Shown piece by piece: positions 40,704-52,393 of a stretch of DNA of 64,000 bases. Positions within the stretch are counted from its first letter, which is position 1, and every line of letters begins with the position of its first letter. The position numbers were made by a program, and so were the translations under genes. This stretch comes from Corallochytrium limacisporum Hawaii (Eukaryota > Protista > Pluriformea): contig PDIP01000057.1 of assembly GCA_002811645.1 (NCBI GenBank), forward strand, positions 148,297 through 212,296, in the 5' to 3' direction. The notes beneath the pieces were generated by a model. It saw only the letters and a list, made by a program, of their open reading frames with translations. It was not told the origin of the DNA and did not search any database.

Positions 40704-43700
40704 ACAACAGCGATTGATCGAATTCTAATCTGATTCAGGGCCTGGCCCTGTCCACCACGCGCACATGTAGTATCAATACACACTTTAGCCCACAGAAGCG
40801 TTCGCCAGAGCCGTTTTCTGAGATTCCCTTCATGCTTCACTTGATAACATCATGCCCCTTCCAGTGTTTACGATGATCCGGACATCTACTCCGTTCCCCG
40901 CACAGATCATACGCCAACTGGCCGACAGCATGGACGATCCCTAGCCATCGTCTACTCATCCTAAGTTCTTCTCTCATCTAAGTGACGTTTCTCCGCACGT
41001 ATGATGTACGTCTGGGTCACTTTTGTGGAGAGGAAGAAGAAAAAATTCGTTGTTTTATGTTTCGTTGAAGATCACGTAAGACTCTATCCGAAATCGCTGA
41101 GGGTTGAACCGGCTTGGGGTGTCCACGGGAGCCCCCTCCCGTTTTACCAGAGCCTTGGCCCTCTGCCTACTACCCACCCGATTACGGTGGAACCGTCCCG
41201 GTCTTTCAACAGAAAAGCTTTTTCTCGGAGGCAAGCCTATTGTGGCTCTGCAAACAAATACGCGTTATGCAGCACCCGTCTCAGGTGCTCAAGCTGATGA
41301 GCGCTTGGCTGGCGGTGTCCCCACTACACTCCCCCCCCCCCCGGGGGGGCTTTNNNNNNNNNNNNNNNNNNNNNNNNNNNNNNNNNNNNNNNNNNNNNNN
41401 NNNNNNNNNNNNNNNNNNNNNNNNNNNNNNNNNNNNNNNNNNNNNNNNNNNNNNNNNNNNNNNNNNNNNNNNNNNNNNNNNNGGTGTCCCCACTACACTC
41501 CCCCCCCACCCCGGTGGGACTTTTCTATATAGGCCCCGAATTGAGCAGTAGCGGAAGAAGCAGGGGACACGCTTGCGAGCGCACCGGTCCTTTTGCTGCT
41601 TTCCAGGGTGCCTCCCAGCGGCAAGTATTAGGAAACGTGCGATAGTTTGTTGTACATTTTTTCGATATATTCAGTATTGAAATCGTCCATCATATGATAT
41701 AAACAGTTATGAAACGCTGATGTGTGTGGTACCTTAGGCGTCCCGAACCACAAACTCAGATTCATGTCATCGGTCATCGCTTCCGATCCTTCATATATTC
41801 AGTATAAAAGTTCCATGAAGTCACTCCCCGGTGGAGCTATTGTGGCTCCTGGAGTCTAACATGTGCTGCTGCTGAAATCACTGCTACATTACTCCTCGGC
41901 ACGCCAGGCTTCAGACGGTTCTGTAGTCTCGTCTGTCTGCCTTTTGGTACTGAAATAATGGCCAATAAAATGCCGGCACCGTTCCATGCAGACCAACAGT
42001 AACAATGGGATGGCATGCACGAAATTGGCTTTCCAAGATCCCCCCGCGGTGGTGCCGCCGCTGGAAAGTGAGTATAACCTCGCCTGATCCCAGCCTCCTT
42101 CGTGTGAGTTCTCGGTAATCGAAAGAATTTTGAAACAGAGAGTTCAAGAGAGAGCGGCGACGGGACGAGCGAAAATAGCGTAAAACAGAGAGGGCCGGCC
42201 ATCCCGGGGAGGTGAGTTTTGGCCCCAAATGCACCGGGCAGGGGACCCACCGGGAAGAAAGGAGGCTTTGAGCTTATAGGGCACAGGCAGGTGGGCAGCC
42301 ATGCCACTCCGGAGGGAGGAGGGAAGTGGTGACGGAACTCATTCAATCACCTACCAAGCTCCTAGCAGTGAGTATGAGGACAGGGGAGGGAGGCGGGGGG
42401 AACACGCGTGTTTCTTAATTCACTCACACTCTCACACCCCGCCCCCCTCCCCTCGCCCCGCCTGGGGGGGGGGGATGAGGAGGAGGAGGAGGGCCTCCCA
42501 CCTTGCTCTCCGTCTCACCCCTGCCTCTCGCATACACTCGCAGAGGCTCTGGAGGTCACCGATCTTTCCTCTATTATTTTTCTTCAGATTTCCCAAACGT
42601 TTCTACCTCACGCTACAGACACGCCGAACCAGAAAAAATACGGTAGAAAATGCTCCGTATTCGCCGCATTCGAGGCCCGTGCTGTCGAGCGGATCATGGG
42701 TAGGGGGGAAGAACGGCGGGACAGTGGTAGGCAACCAAGAATGTCCTCCAATTACCGCATACACACACTGTGGCCAAACAAGACACCGCAGCCGATCCGA
42801 GGTATAAATCCTGTTAATTGTCCGTTTCATTATGCCGCGTTTATGCAGTTGTAACTGAACGTAAGCGAAATCTGTGCTACACTTCGGCGGCGCGGGTTCG
42901 CAGGGGGGTTTCTCCGAACTCGGGAGACGGGTGCCGTAAGAAACCGGCTCAACCTGACACACCTGGCCTCTCACTTTCGGGATTTGTCCTTTTTTTTTTC
43001 CCTTGTGCTTGCAATTCTCTAAGAAACGTACGTCTCTTTTGCTGTGGTCCACGCTTCGTTTACGGACAATCTGGAAAAAAAACGCTTGCTCAACGGTGAC
43101 TGGCTGGCTCTATATAGCCTTGTATGCTTTCATTAGCTGCCAATATGGAAACAATTCTTGCTACGGTCAGCGACTTCAAGCAAGCAGAAAGGAGATCGCG
43201 GCTGTGTGTGCCCTCTTCCTTTTTCACATTTTTTCTTCTACCTTTCTTCCTTCGTTTTGGGTAATAGCAAGCAAAGATATGGGAATAAAGGATGAGAGCG
43301 AGGGAAGAGGGAGTGTATGTGAGAGAGGGCGACAGATCAACGGTGCCGCGAGTGGGAAGACTCGTGTACCAGAACCGCAAAGAAAGAAAAAAATGAGCGC
43401 TGGTGTGACCTCGAGGAGCGAGCCCAGTATCAAAAATAGAAGAGGCGTGAGCAAGGCGTTGAGAGACCCAAGGAGACACAGCCAGAGGAAAAGATGCGGA
43501 GAGGGGGGGTCCAAACGCGGTGGCGGCCCCGGTCCAAAACCAGTAGGACCAGAAACATTTCAGTGCGTGCCCAAAAGGTGTGCCGACTGCTGGGGCACAA
43601 GCGCAGAAAAAGCTGCGAATTTTTTTTCTTCGCTTGTCCGCGCCCTCAGCCCCCGTTTTTCTCGGATCCGTCGAGAAGCCCTTTCCCATTTTTCAAAGTC

Positions 43701-44513
43701 TCATCGTCAGCTCCACTGTCAGCAGCTGCGCAAAACTTGCTCGCTCAGTCTCAGTCAGCTTTCGGTCCCCTCGGGGTGGATCGAAGTCTGGATCTCTATC
43801 TCTCTCTCTCTGTCTGTCTGCCTCTCTCTCTCTCTCGTCTCACGTCTCTCTTTCGTTCCTGCTTACTCGCTCTCTCGGGTGTTGACACGCATTCCCAGCA
43901 CGTCGGGACCATCTTCGAATGTTTCCTTTGTATCTCTGCAATTTTTTTTTCCTAAAACCTTATCGCAGTCGGACCACTTGCTGCTCAATTGAGCTTCCCC
44001 TGCCTTACTCGGGCGTCGTTTTCCGGTAACTCTCGATCCCTTGGGAGTTTTTGTGTGAGGTTTCGGAATGCTCGATTGCTTCGTTTGATAGTGGGCAACG
44101 ACAAAAATCAGGCGGGTATCACAGGTAAGGGCTGTCGGTAGGGGATCTTCACTTTTTCCCTGTGCTCAATGCAGACAAGGGGGCAGGAGCAGAGTTTCAC
44201 TGTGCAAAATTGGCTGCTTGCCACGGTTCAACTTGACGGCTCGAAGCAGCCTCGTTAGTGCGAGAACTTCATTGAAACATGAAGAATACGCAGTGTCTAA
44301 ATAAAGCAAGAGAAACGCAGACCACAGCCCTGGGAACAATAACAGAAATGATCTTCAGAATGAGGTTGGTATTTCCAAGGGTCAACGTCCCAACCATAGG
44401 CAATTATGCTTCCCTGGTACATGACGACAAGTGCTCGGTGTACATTCTAGTTTACAACTAAAAAGGGAGCGGCCCACCATGAATACCACCGGATCGTAAG
44501 AAGTGGGAATGAC

Positions 44514-46955
44514 ATGGCTTTGAAAACCCAGAATGCAATAAAAAAGGTCATCGGAGACATACACACAATGGCCCCGTTAGACGACGCAGCGGGGTCGGAG
44601 CGACCAAAGCTCGAGGATTTGGCTGCTTACGTCCGCGAGCGAATTATGGACAAGACAATACAGCTTCGGAAGGAGCTGTTTGGCACTGAACAGAAAGGGT
44701 ACTATGGCGTTGACCGCCAGACACCGGAAAGCCAAAGCAGCATTGGGTCCCCGGGACCCAGGAGTCACATAAGTATACGTAGTTCCGTAGACAGTGAGTC
44801 AGAGAGTTTTGGTCTTATGCCGCGAGCGCATAGCCTCTCACAACAAAGGAAAAGTGAAGACCGGGAGGACACAATTAGTTCTGAGGATGACAGTGAAGGA
44901 CATAGCAGTGCTGGCGACTCCAATACAGAGCTGTCAGTTGCGAAAGTGAGTGAAAATGGTGCCGACGGTAGTGATTTAGGTAACCTTGCTCTGGCACTGA
45001 ACAAAGCACAGCTGTTGGCGTCACATAAACGAAAGATTCAAGCTGCCAGCGTACGTGGACGGCGGTCTGTGAGCATAAATCATCAAACTAGTTACAGGAT
45101 GGGACTCGCAGAAACTCCCCGGATCAATCACAACGGCAACATGAGTTTCACTCTAATGGAAGAGGATCTTTCGTCGGGTCAGACTAGCCATCGGCAAACA
45201 GTGCGCCCTGAGCAGACGCGGGGTGTCCATGTCGATTGCTTCGATGTCCCAGAAGATCCTTTTTGTATCGGTCCGAAGTGCCGACGACGCAGTAGGTCAG
45301 TAGATGCCTGTGTCCTCAAGAGCCTTATACGGTCGGAGGTATCGCCAGACCTTGAGGAGTTAGTTCAGCTGGCCATGGCATCCCAGTATGCTGGCAAGCG
45401 TTATCACGCTGCTGCCTGCACTATTCAACGGTATTACCGAGAATACAAGATGCAGAAGAAGTGGGAGGACATCCAAACCAAGGGCAGAGAACGTCCTGCT
45501 CTAGGGGCTCCTGGTGCCGAGGGTCTGTCGCGCATGAAAACACCGGATAAACGCAAATCTATGGGATCAGATGCAGTGCTCCTGCAGGCTCAGGCAGCCA
45601 TTGCCGCCGAGTCGGTATCGTCTATATCAGAGAACGATATCGCTACAGCCGCAGCCAAGCAAGTGGGATCACATGAGAGTTTGGTAAAGTCATCGGAGAG
45701 CATCAAAGCGGCCGTAGACACCTCTGCTGTAGGTGTTGGAAAGCTCAACTTGGACCCAGTGAAGAGCAAATTGGATACGCGTGTTGGCGTCTGCAAGTTC
45801 AATCGCACACCGGTGAAGGGAATTCAGTTTTTGATTGAGCGCCGGGTCCTGAAGGAGCAGGCCTTCCAAGTGGCAAAGTTTCTGCATGAACAGCAAGGAT
45901 TAGCCACTGCCATGGTCGGGGAGTACTTGGGTGAGCCGTCACAATTTGTGCGGGATGTGTTGAAGTATTATATTGAAATGATGGACTTTGGAAACCTGCT
46001 CATTGATGAGGCACTAAGGAAGTTCATGCAAAAGTTCAGGCTCCCCGGTGAAGCACAGAAGATTGACCGCATCATGCAGACCTTTGCTGATGTGTACCAT
46101 TTGCAGAATCCAATGGCGTTCAAATCCCCGGACACTGCTTATGTACTTTCGTTCTCCATTATTATGTTGAACACCGACTTGCACAACCCCAATGTACGGA
46201 AGCGCATGACTTTAGAAGACTTTGTCCGTAATAATCGGGGTATTGATGAGGGGGGTGACATTGATCGTGACTTTTTGACTGAGATTTACAAGAGTATCAA
46301 GGAGGACGAAATCATTACCAATCATGATCACACTCAGACCCTGGAACAGGTTAGCAAGCGGATCACTGGAAAGTGCCCGAACTTTATTGTCGCGCATCGC
46401 CAACTGGTGAGACAGGCAACATTCAATAACATTGTTAACCCAGGGAAGCCGAACAAACGTCATCACCCTCGCACCCTGTGGCTGTTCAACGACATGCTGA
46501 TAATTTCCAAGCCGCTACAGAAACAAATGGGCAACAAGAGCCCAACCTTTGACTTCCGCAACATGGTATCTCTTGTGGGTTTGAACGTGGTAGTCTGCCA
46601 AGCGAGCAAGATGTACAACCATGCATTCCAGATTATGACAGATAGGGGAGATCTGGTCCTTATGGTTGACACACGGGATAAGGAACTGCGGGATGCATTC
46701 GTTAAGGATTTGCAGGCCATGATCGACGAGGTCGCTCACGTCGAGGAGGTGCGCATGGAACAGTATGAGCTTCTCATGGAGCGAACCCAGGGCGTGTTCA
46801 TGCTCCCCAACGGTACCATGGGCCGCCGCAAAGGCGTCGAGGCTTCGGCGTCAGGCCTGTTTGCATCGAACTCTAGCGCTGAGTACCATATGGGTGGTGC
46901 AACACCGTATTCAATACGTCGGAAGCAACCATCGTCCGCCGGACCAAAGAACTAA
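44514..46955 (+). CDS. IQ-Sec7-PH ArfGEF (IQSEC/BRAG-like)
   Basis: IQ motif AACTIQRYYREYKMQK; Sec7 with Glu finger FRLPGEAQKIDR and LSFSIIMLNTDLHNP; NHDHT linker; PH (RQLVR..RTLWLFNDMLIISK). Start may be ATG 44568. Confidence 0.88.
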   Translation: MALKTQNAIKKVIGDIHTMAPLDDAAGSERPKLEDLAAYVRERIMDKTIQLRKELFGTEQKGYYGVDRQTPESQSSIGSPGPRSHISIRSSVDSESESFGLMPRAHSLSQQRKSEDREDTISSEDDSEGHSSAGDSNTELSVAKVSENGADGSDLGNLALALNKAQLLASHKRKIQAASVRGRRSVSINHQTSYRMGLAETPRINHNGNMSFTLMEEDLSSGQTSHRQTVRPEQTRGVHVDCFDVPEDPFCIGPKCRRRSRSVDACVLKSLIRSEVSPDLEELVQLAMASQYAGKRYHAAACTIQRYYREYKMQKKWEDIQTKGRERPALGAPGAEGLSRMKTPDKRKSMGSDAVLLQAQAAIAAESVSSISENDIATAAAKQVGSHESLVKSSESIKAAVDTSAVGVGKLNLDPVKSKLDTRVGVCKFNRTPVKGIQFLIERRVLKEQAFQVAKFLHEQQGLATAMVGEYLGEPSQFVRDVLKYYIEMMDFGNLLIDEALRKFMQKFRLPGEAQKIDRIMQTFADVYHLQNPMAFKSPDTAYVLSFSIIMLNTDLHNPNVRKRMTLEDFVRNNRGIDEGGDIDRDFLTEIYKSIKEDEIITNHDHTQTLEQVSKRITGKCPNFIVAHRQLVRQATFNNIVNPGKPNKRHHPRTLWLFNDMLIISKPLQKQMGNKSPTFDFRNMVSLVGLNVVVCQASKMYNHAFQIMTDRGDLVLMVDTRDKELRDAFVKDLQAMIDEVAHVEEVRMEQYELLMERTQGVFMLPNGTMGRRKGVEASASGLFASNSSAEYHMGGATPYSIRRKQPSSAGPKN

Positions 46956-47776
46956 TCGGTAGTGTTATCCAGGAAAGAAGAGATCAAGAAGGGAGTCATG
47001 TTGGTTCCTTCCCTTTCAGGCCTTCATCATTTTTGCATCCATCGTATCATATCATCATCATTTCATTTCCAATACACTTTGTAACATGAGTATTGTGTCG
47101 TATACGTACCCTATTCAAGCGGTGGGCGTTAGAGCACCGAGCTCTGCCTGCCTGCCTTCCCCCCCCCCCAGGGGATGTTCTTCACGGCCACTCCCTCCCC
47201 CCGGCAGCGGCCAACCCACCGGTCCCTTTCCTAGCTATGTCGGGCCGCTCGGATGACACGGCCAACCGATTATATGGGAGAAGGAAATTTTGGGTCGTCG
47301 CGGCCGGGCGAGAAATTCCTGCACCTCGGTCGTGGTTAGAAAAGATTTACTGATGGTGGGGGGTACTGGGCGCGCTTAAAATTGGGCAGAGTGGTCGCGC
47401 TCCGTCAGCGAAATGGGAGGATTTGGGCGGGCGATAGACATCGCCCTGTGCGCAGTCTACGAGGAATCCTCGGGGGACTCAGCACATACCTTGCCCGCAG
47501 AAGACCGATTCTCCATTGAGGGTAATTGGGCCGGTCGTGCGGGTCTCTCTAAATGGTGTTTAAGACCACTAAATGGTGTTTTAGAGCACGCTTTGAGTAG
47601 CGAGGACTTGCTGCCATCGTTCATATGGTAAAAACTCTAGGATCAGAAAAGTAATCATATTTAAGTTAATGAATGGTCTTCCGCGCCAAACTATAAGGAA
47701 ACGACGGATAGCTGCCTTGAGATTTCAGAGTGTTGCTCGCGTACGATTCCTGCACATTGCACAGAAACCAGTCGAT

Positions 47777-48694
47777 ATGCCAGTGCCAGCCATCGGCTTT
47801 GTGGCCTTTGACTTCGACGGCACACTCACCACCCAGAATACCGTTGGTAATTTGGTGAAGCTGAGCTTCGAAACAGTCGAAGAGAAGTGGCCAGAAAGAA
47901 TGGATGACCACAAGGAGCACTGGAGATATTGCTCAACATACTACGAGACCAACGCGAATATTACGTTCGGAACTAAACTAGAACAACATAGACCACACTG
48001 CCTGGACTCAATGCGGAAGTTCTTGGGACTGTTTGAGAAGATTGAGGGCACTGCGCTATCAGAATTGTCGCAGAGAGGCGTACTTGCAGGCATTTCCAAA
48101 CCAGAACTCCGGAGAGCCAGCTCGAATGCGAAAGATTTAGTACGGCCAGGGGTGATTGAATTGTTGCGGTCGCTGGACAACAGCGGAGTTGATGTGCACG
48201 TAATTTCCCTAAATTGGTCTAGGGACTTCATTTACCACATGCTCAACGAACTTATTCCGCGAGAGAAGATCCACTGCAACGACTTGCTCTTCGACGAGGA
48301 AGGCGAGGAGAGCAGCGGTGCCTTGCAAGTGAAGATGGCACACGCGGATGACAAAGAGAAACTCTTCCATAGTCTTGTGGAGACCAGTCGGCCGCTACAA
48401 AAGGGAAAAGGTGGTGCATCTATGTTTGTGGGTGACTCTCACACAGATCTTTTGCCCATGATCACCGCTGACGTTGGCATTCTCATTGGTCAGAACCAAC
48501 AGGCGCTCAAGGTCTGCGACCGTTTTGGGGTTCAGGTGAAGCCAGTGCATGATATCGGAGAAGACTACGAGAACAAAGAAAACCGTAACGGCCCGGTAAT
48601 TTACCAAGTATACGGCGATAACGACGCGTACACAAAGATCAGGGATCATGTGTTTTCCTCCACTTTAGCAAGGCGAAACAGTGCCAATATGTAG
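47777..48694 (+). CDS. HAD-superfamily phosphatase, yeast Cto1 / plant TH2 HAD-domain-like
   Basis: Motif I FDFDGTLT, motif II VISLNWS, motif IV FVGDSHTDLLPMITADVGI. ATG 47777 is likely; the ORF is open from 47669. Confidence 0.8.
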   Translation: MPVPAIGFVAFDFDGTLTTQNTVGNLVKLSFETVEEKWPERMDDHKEHWRYCSTYYETNANITFGTKLEQHRPHCLDSMRKFLGLFEKIEGTALSELSQRGVLAGISKPELRRASSNAKDLVRPGVIELLRSLDNSGVDVHVISLNWSRDFIYHMLNELIPREKIHCNDLLFDEEGEESSGALQVKMAHADDKEKLFHSLVETSRPLQKGKGGASMFVGDSHTDLLPMITADVGILIGQNQQALKVCDRFGVQVKPVHDIGEDYENKENRNGPVIYQVYGDNDAYTKIRDHVFSSTLARRNSANM

Positions 48695-48843
48695 TTGGGT
48701 TTGCTGTTGGTGCATAGTATGTTGAGGAAAGTACATGATCGGCAAGAATCCTATAAAATAGTATGATCCATGGATGGTTTTGATTTAATGACATGTTAGA
48801 TACGATCTGATGTGTGTTTTGAAAGCCTACTGAATATGAATAA

Positions 48844-49890
48844 CTAGTCCCGCAGTCCACCGACGCTCTTCTGTTTCCCACCTGCTGACGGCTTGCTGGT
48901 TGCAACTGCAGTGTTTGCTTCCCAGGGTTTGGATAGCCCGGTCCTTCGCGTCCTCCGGCGGTACCGCCGCCCGCCTTTGGCGAGTTCCTTGGCCCTCTGT
49001 TCCTCGATATCACGTGGAGCCTGGAAGGCAGTGCTGTAGGTGGTCTGCCAAGGGTTGAATTCGCGATTCGCAGGCTTCTTCTCCAGGCCCAGTGCTTTTA
49101 GTTTGTCTGCCTTTTCTTTCTCGGCCGCTCGACGAGACTCATCGTACCGTTTAACTCGTGCAGGGCGTTCAAGGGTGTGGGGGTAGAGAAAGTGTAGCCC
49201 AGCACTTGCATTGTGAGTTTTGAATCGCAAGCGGTCGTTTAGTGAGTGGCAATTACCAGACCCGTAGTTCATAAAGGGAATGGGTTGCTTGAGTTTGTCA
49301 ACCATCAACGGACCCTCCGGCGTTTCCACCAGGCCCTCCACAGGCTTCAAAGGACCCTCGTGGGGCTTGACCGGCACTTCATGGACCTCTGTGTGCTCCT
49401 CATCGAAATTCACAGAAGGTGTGTGGCTCAAATTTGAACGGCCACCGGTGGTCGCAAATGATGATTTCACAAAAGTTCCCGTATCTTTGGCACCCTCGCG
49501 ATGCTGTGGCGTTCGATAAATCCCCTTGCCCACGATCTCGAGCCCGGAGATATCTCGCGTGATGTTTTGAACATCGTCTCTCTCAACCAGCTCCCAGGTC
49601 TCGTGGTCGTCCACAAGATCAGTACTTTCCTCTCCTGCGTCCGAAGGAGAACCAGAAACCCACTCAAAGTTGGCATCGTGATGCATCTTTTCCTGCTGCT
49701 GACGATGGATTCGGAACTTCAGATTTTCCATGTACGGGTTGTACCGCTTTCTTTCCTCCTCGGCAGTGGGACCCACATTCTCCACCCTTCGGAATGCCTT
49801 TCTGTACTCTGTAGTGAAGTCGCTCCTTTCCTTCCTGCTCGGACTCTGATCAGGATCATTGAGGAGACCAAACATCCTCAGGTCTGCCAT
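48844..49890 (-). CDS. CCSAP: CCSAP-like centriole, cilia and spindle-associated protein
   Basis: N-terminal TEYRKAF..YMENLKFRIHRQQQEKMH..FEW; C-terminal PFMNYGSG..KTHN and NPWQTTYSTAF, the block order recalled for CCSAP/C1orf96. Confidence 0.65.
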   Translation of the reverse strand: MADLRMFGLLNDPDQSPSRKERSDFTTEYRKAFRRVENVGPTAEEERKRYNPYMENLKFRIHRQQQEKMHHDANFEWVSGSPSDAGEESTDLVDDHETWELVERDDVQNITRDISGLEIVGKGIYRTPQHREGAKDTGTFVKSSFATTGGRSNLSHTPSVNFDEEHTEVHEVPVKPHEGPLKPVEGLVETPEGPLMVDKLKQPIPFMNYGSGNCHSLNDRLRFKTHNASAGLHFLYPHTLERPARVKRYDESRRAAEKEKADKLKALGLEKKPANREFNPWQTTYSTAFQAPRDIEEQRAKELAKGGRRYRRRTRRTGLSKPWEANTAVATSKPSAGGKQKSVGGLRD

Positions 49891-51032
49891 GGTTAAGAAA
49901 CAATATTTTCACATGTAAACCCGTAGAGACAAAGAGAGTACTACATGTTGTTCACTCTGAATTGAGTGAAGCTTAATGAAAAGAAGTAGCACTCCTCAAG
50001 TAGTTAGTAACGGAATCTTGATCCAGGCGAAGCTCTGCGCGATACTGACTGATCCCTTGTGCAGACCCGCAACGGGGTGCTGCCATAGTGAATGTAGGGA
50101 TGGGTCTCGCAAGGTCAGTTTTGGCGGGAGACGGGGGGGGTTCCCTCCACAAATTTTGCGGCCGACACTAGGAGACTGCCCTCTGAAACCTCCCATACTT
50201 TTATTACTGAAAAAGCCAAAATTGCTATCGAATACAGGAAGCCATTACCCCACTCTCCAGGAACCTCCTTCCCCGTTGCGAGCACTTGGAACCAAACCAA
50301 TTGCCACCATATATTGATTTAATTTGTATTATTGATCATATACGCGGTTCTTTAGGAGGGCAGTCGCCACATTTCCTTTTCGGGCCCCCGNNNNNNNNNN
50401 NNNNNNNNNNNNNNNNNNNNNNNNNNNNNNNNNNNNNNNNNNNNNNNNNNNNNNNNNNNNNNNNNNNNNNNNNNNNNNNNNNNNNNNNNNNNNNNNNNNN
50501 NNNNNNNNNNNNNNNNNNNNNNNNNNNNNNNNNNNNNNNNNNNNNNNNNNNNNNNNNNNNNNNNNNNNNNNNNNNNNNNNNNNNNNNNNNNNNNNNNNNN
50601 NNNNNNNNNGGGGGGGGGGCCAGTTGACAGTGGGCAGTAATGATCTGAGGGGTGTCAGCTGCGGGTGAGGGGTTGGGGTTGGGGGGAGACTCTTCCAAGG
50701 GGGTGCGTGGCATTTGCGGGCCCATTTCTGCTTAGGGTTCAGGGTTCTTGCAGCATGGGTTGTGTGCCAATTTTTGGTGCTAATGGAAGACATCTTGCGA
50801 ACTAAAAATAAGGAATATTAACATTGTATGGCCTTTCAAAGCAAAGGTATATGACATGTAGCCTCGTGGGAAATGTAAAACCTAGAGTGATTACGTACGA
50901 GGCCCAGACGTGCAAAAGGACCAAGATGTGAAACAAGGCAGAATCGGTAGTGCATCTTTTCGACCCCGGTGGTTGAGAATAAACCTAAACCAATGACATG
51001 GAAGAGTTAGTCAAGTTCTGAACAAAAGAACC

Positions 51033-52358
51033 ATGGATCTCACTTTCGGATTCCCAGAGCTGGACGATATTCCAGAACTTCTGCAGCAATTCGAAGGGCC
51101 GTCTGGGAACAATAGCGTTTCAAAGGATACGGGCTACGATCCGGAGGAATCTTTCTTTCAGGTTGACCCCTTTTCTAGCGCTTCACGGCGTACATCCGAA
51201 GATAATTTATTGAACTTCGGAGAATACAATGACCAGCCAATGTCCGGAAGTGCCCCACGAGGCGACGGGCGATTGAAGAGTGGTACCCATTTGTCGCAGA
51301 GAAAGCCAGGACTGCCTCATGGAGGAAGTCGCGGGGTCCGAAATACGGCAGGTGCGAGCGTAGATCAGGTCTTTGATGTCTCAGGGGAGGGATCGTTTGA
51401 TGAGCCCGCTCAGCCGGCGTCGTCACATTTTCAGAATATTCGGAGACAGCTTCAAGGCAGCAGTCGGAATCGTATGGGTCAGCAGCCTCAGCACCACGGA
51501 ATCTCCCGTCGCAATGTGAACAACGCAACAGCACAGCAAAGTCTTTCACAAGAGTTTGAAACACCGGCCGGACATGGAGCTCCTTTTGGTATTCCACCAC
51601 CGGGGAGCGGTGGCGGGGTAGGTCGGAACAATGCTTCGGCTGCGGCTGCACTGTCAGGTATGTCACCCATGCAAGCGTTGCTGAGCCCTGAAACGCATCT
51701 GACTGCGGCACAGCAGCAGAAACTGATGCAGGACTTTTCTGCCTTTGCGGCAGAGTCGCCAGCGACTGAAGCTGCAGTTGCGCAAGGCGGAGGTGACAGC
51801 AACCTGCCATTGCAGTCTATGTTCATGGCACTCATGAAGAGTCATCACGAACTCCTACAGAAGATTCAGGACAAAGAGAGGACAGAGCCACAGGAGCAGG
51901 TTGCCTCGTCTTCAGCGACCGATCTCAAGACGTCTTCTGATAAGCTGGTGGCGAGGACGCCCGCTGCTGCTACCGACTCGACGGAGAAAGTAACGCAGAA
52001 GAAGGATACGAACACAGAGCCGGAAACTGGCGAAGAGGCTGACAACGAAGACGAGGGGGGCGATGACTCAGCTCCAGGGAGGGCGCGAGGGCCCAATAAG
52101 AGTCCTGAGAAACCGTTACAGGCACAGGACGAAACCAAGCTGACCACCGCAGCAGACCAGGGTCCAGCTGCAGGGCCAACCACTGGAACAACACCGGCCG
52201 CACCCAGTGGAAGCCGACCCCGCAAACGCATGAAAATCAACGACCTTGAACAGGCCGTCAATGAGACCAAGCAGTACCTTCACAAACTGGAGAGCAAGGA
52301 GGTTGAACTACGGGAAGAAATTGATGGACTGAGGGATCAGCTCATGCTGAGATCGTGA
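51033..52358 (+). CDS. Hypothetical disordered protein with C-terminal leucine zipper
   Basis: 441-aa ORF, low complexity; ends RPRKRMKINDLEQAVNETKQYLHKLESKEVELREEIDGLRDQL with heptad periodicity. Confidence 0.8.
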   Translation: MDLTFGFPELDDIPELLQQFEGPSGNNSVSKDTGYDPEESFFQVDPFSSASRRTSEDNLLNFGEYNDQPMSGSAPRGDGRLKSGTHLSQRKPGLPHGGSRGVRNTAGASVDQVFDVSGEGSFDEPAQPASSHFQNIRRQLQGSSRNRMGQQPQHHGISRRNVNNATAQQSLSQEFETPAGHGAPFGIPPPGSGGGVGRNNASAAAALSGMSPMQALLSPETHLTAAQQQKLMQDFSAFAAESPATEAAVAQGGGDSNLPLQSMFMALMKSHHELLQKIQDKERTEPQEQVASSSATDLKTSSDKLVARTPAAATDSTEKVTQKKDTNTEPETGEEADNEDEGGDDSAPGRARGPNKSPEKPLQAQDETKLTTAADQGPAAGPTTGTTPAAPSGSRPRKRMKINDLEQAVNETKQYLHKLESKEVELREEIDGLRDQLMLRS

Positions 52359-52393
52359 CGCATATATCATTGATTAACTTCCAAGAAGGCACT

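Noticed and set aside
41314-41510. Direct repeat ggtgtccccactacactcccccccc on both sides of a gap
   Set aside because: Unmerged contig overlap at a poly-C run; assembly artefact.
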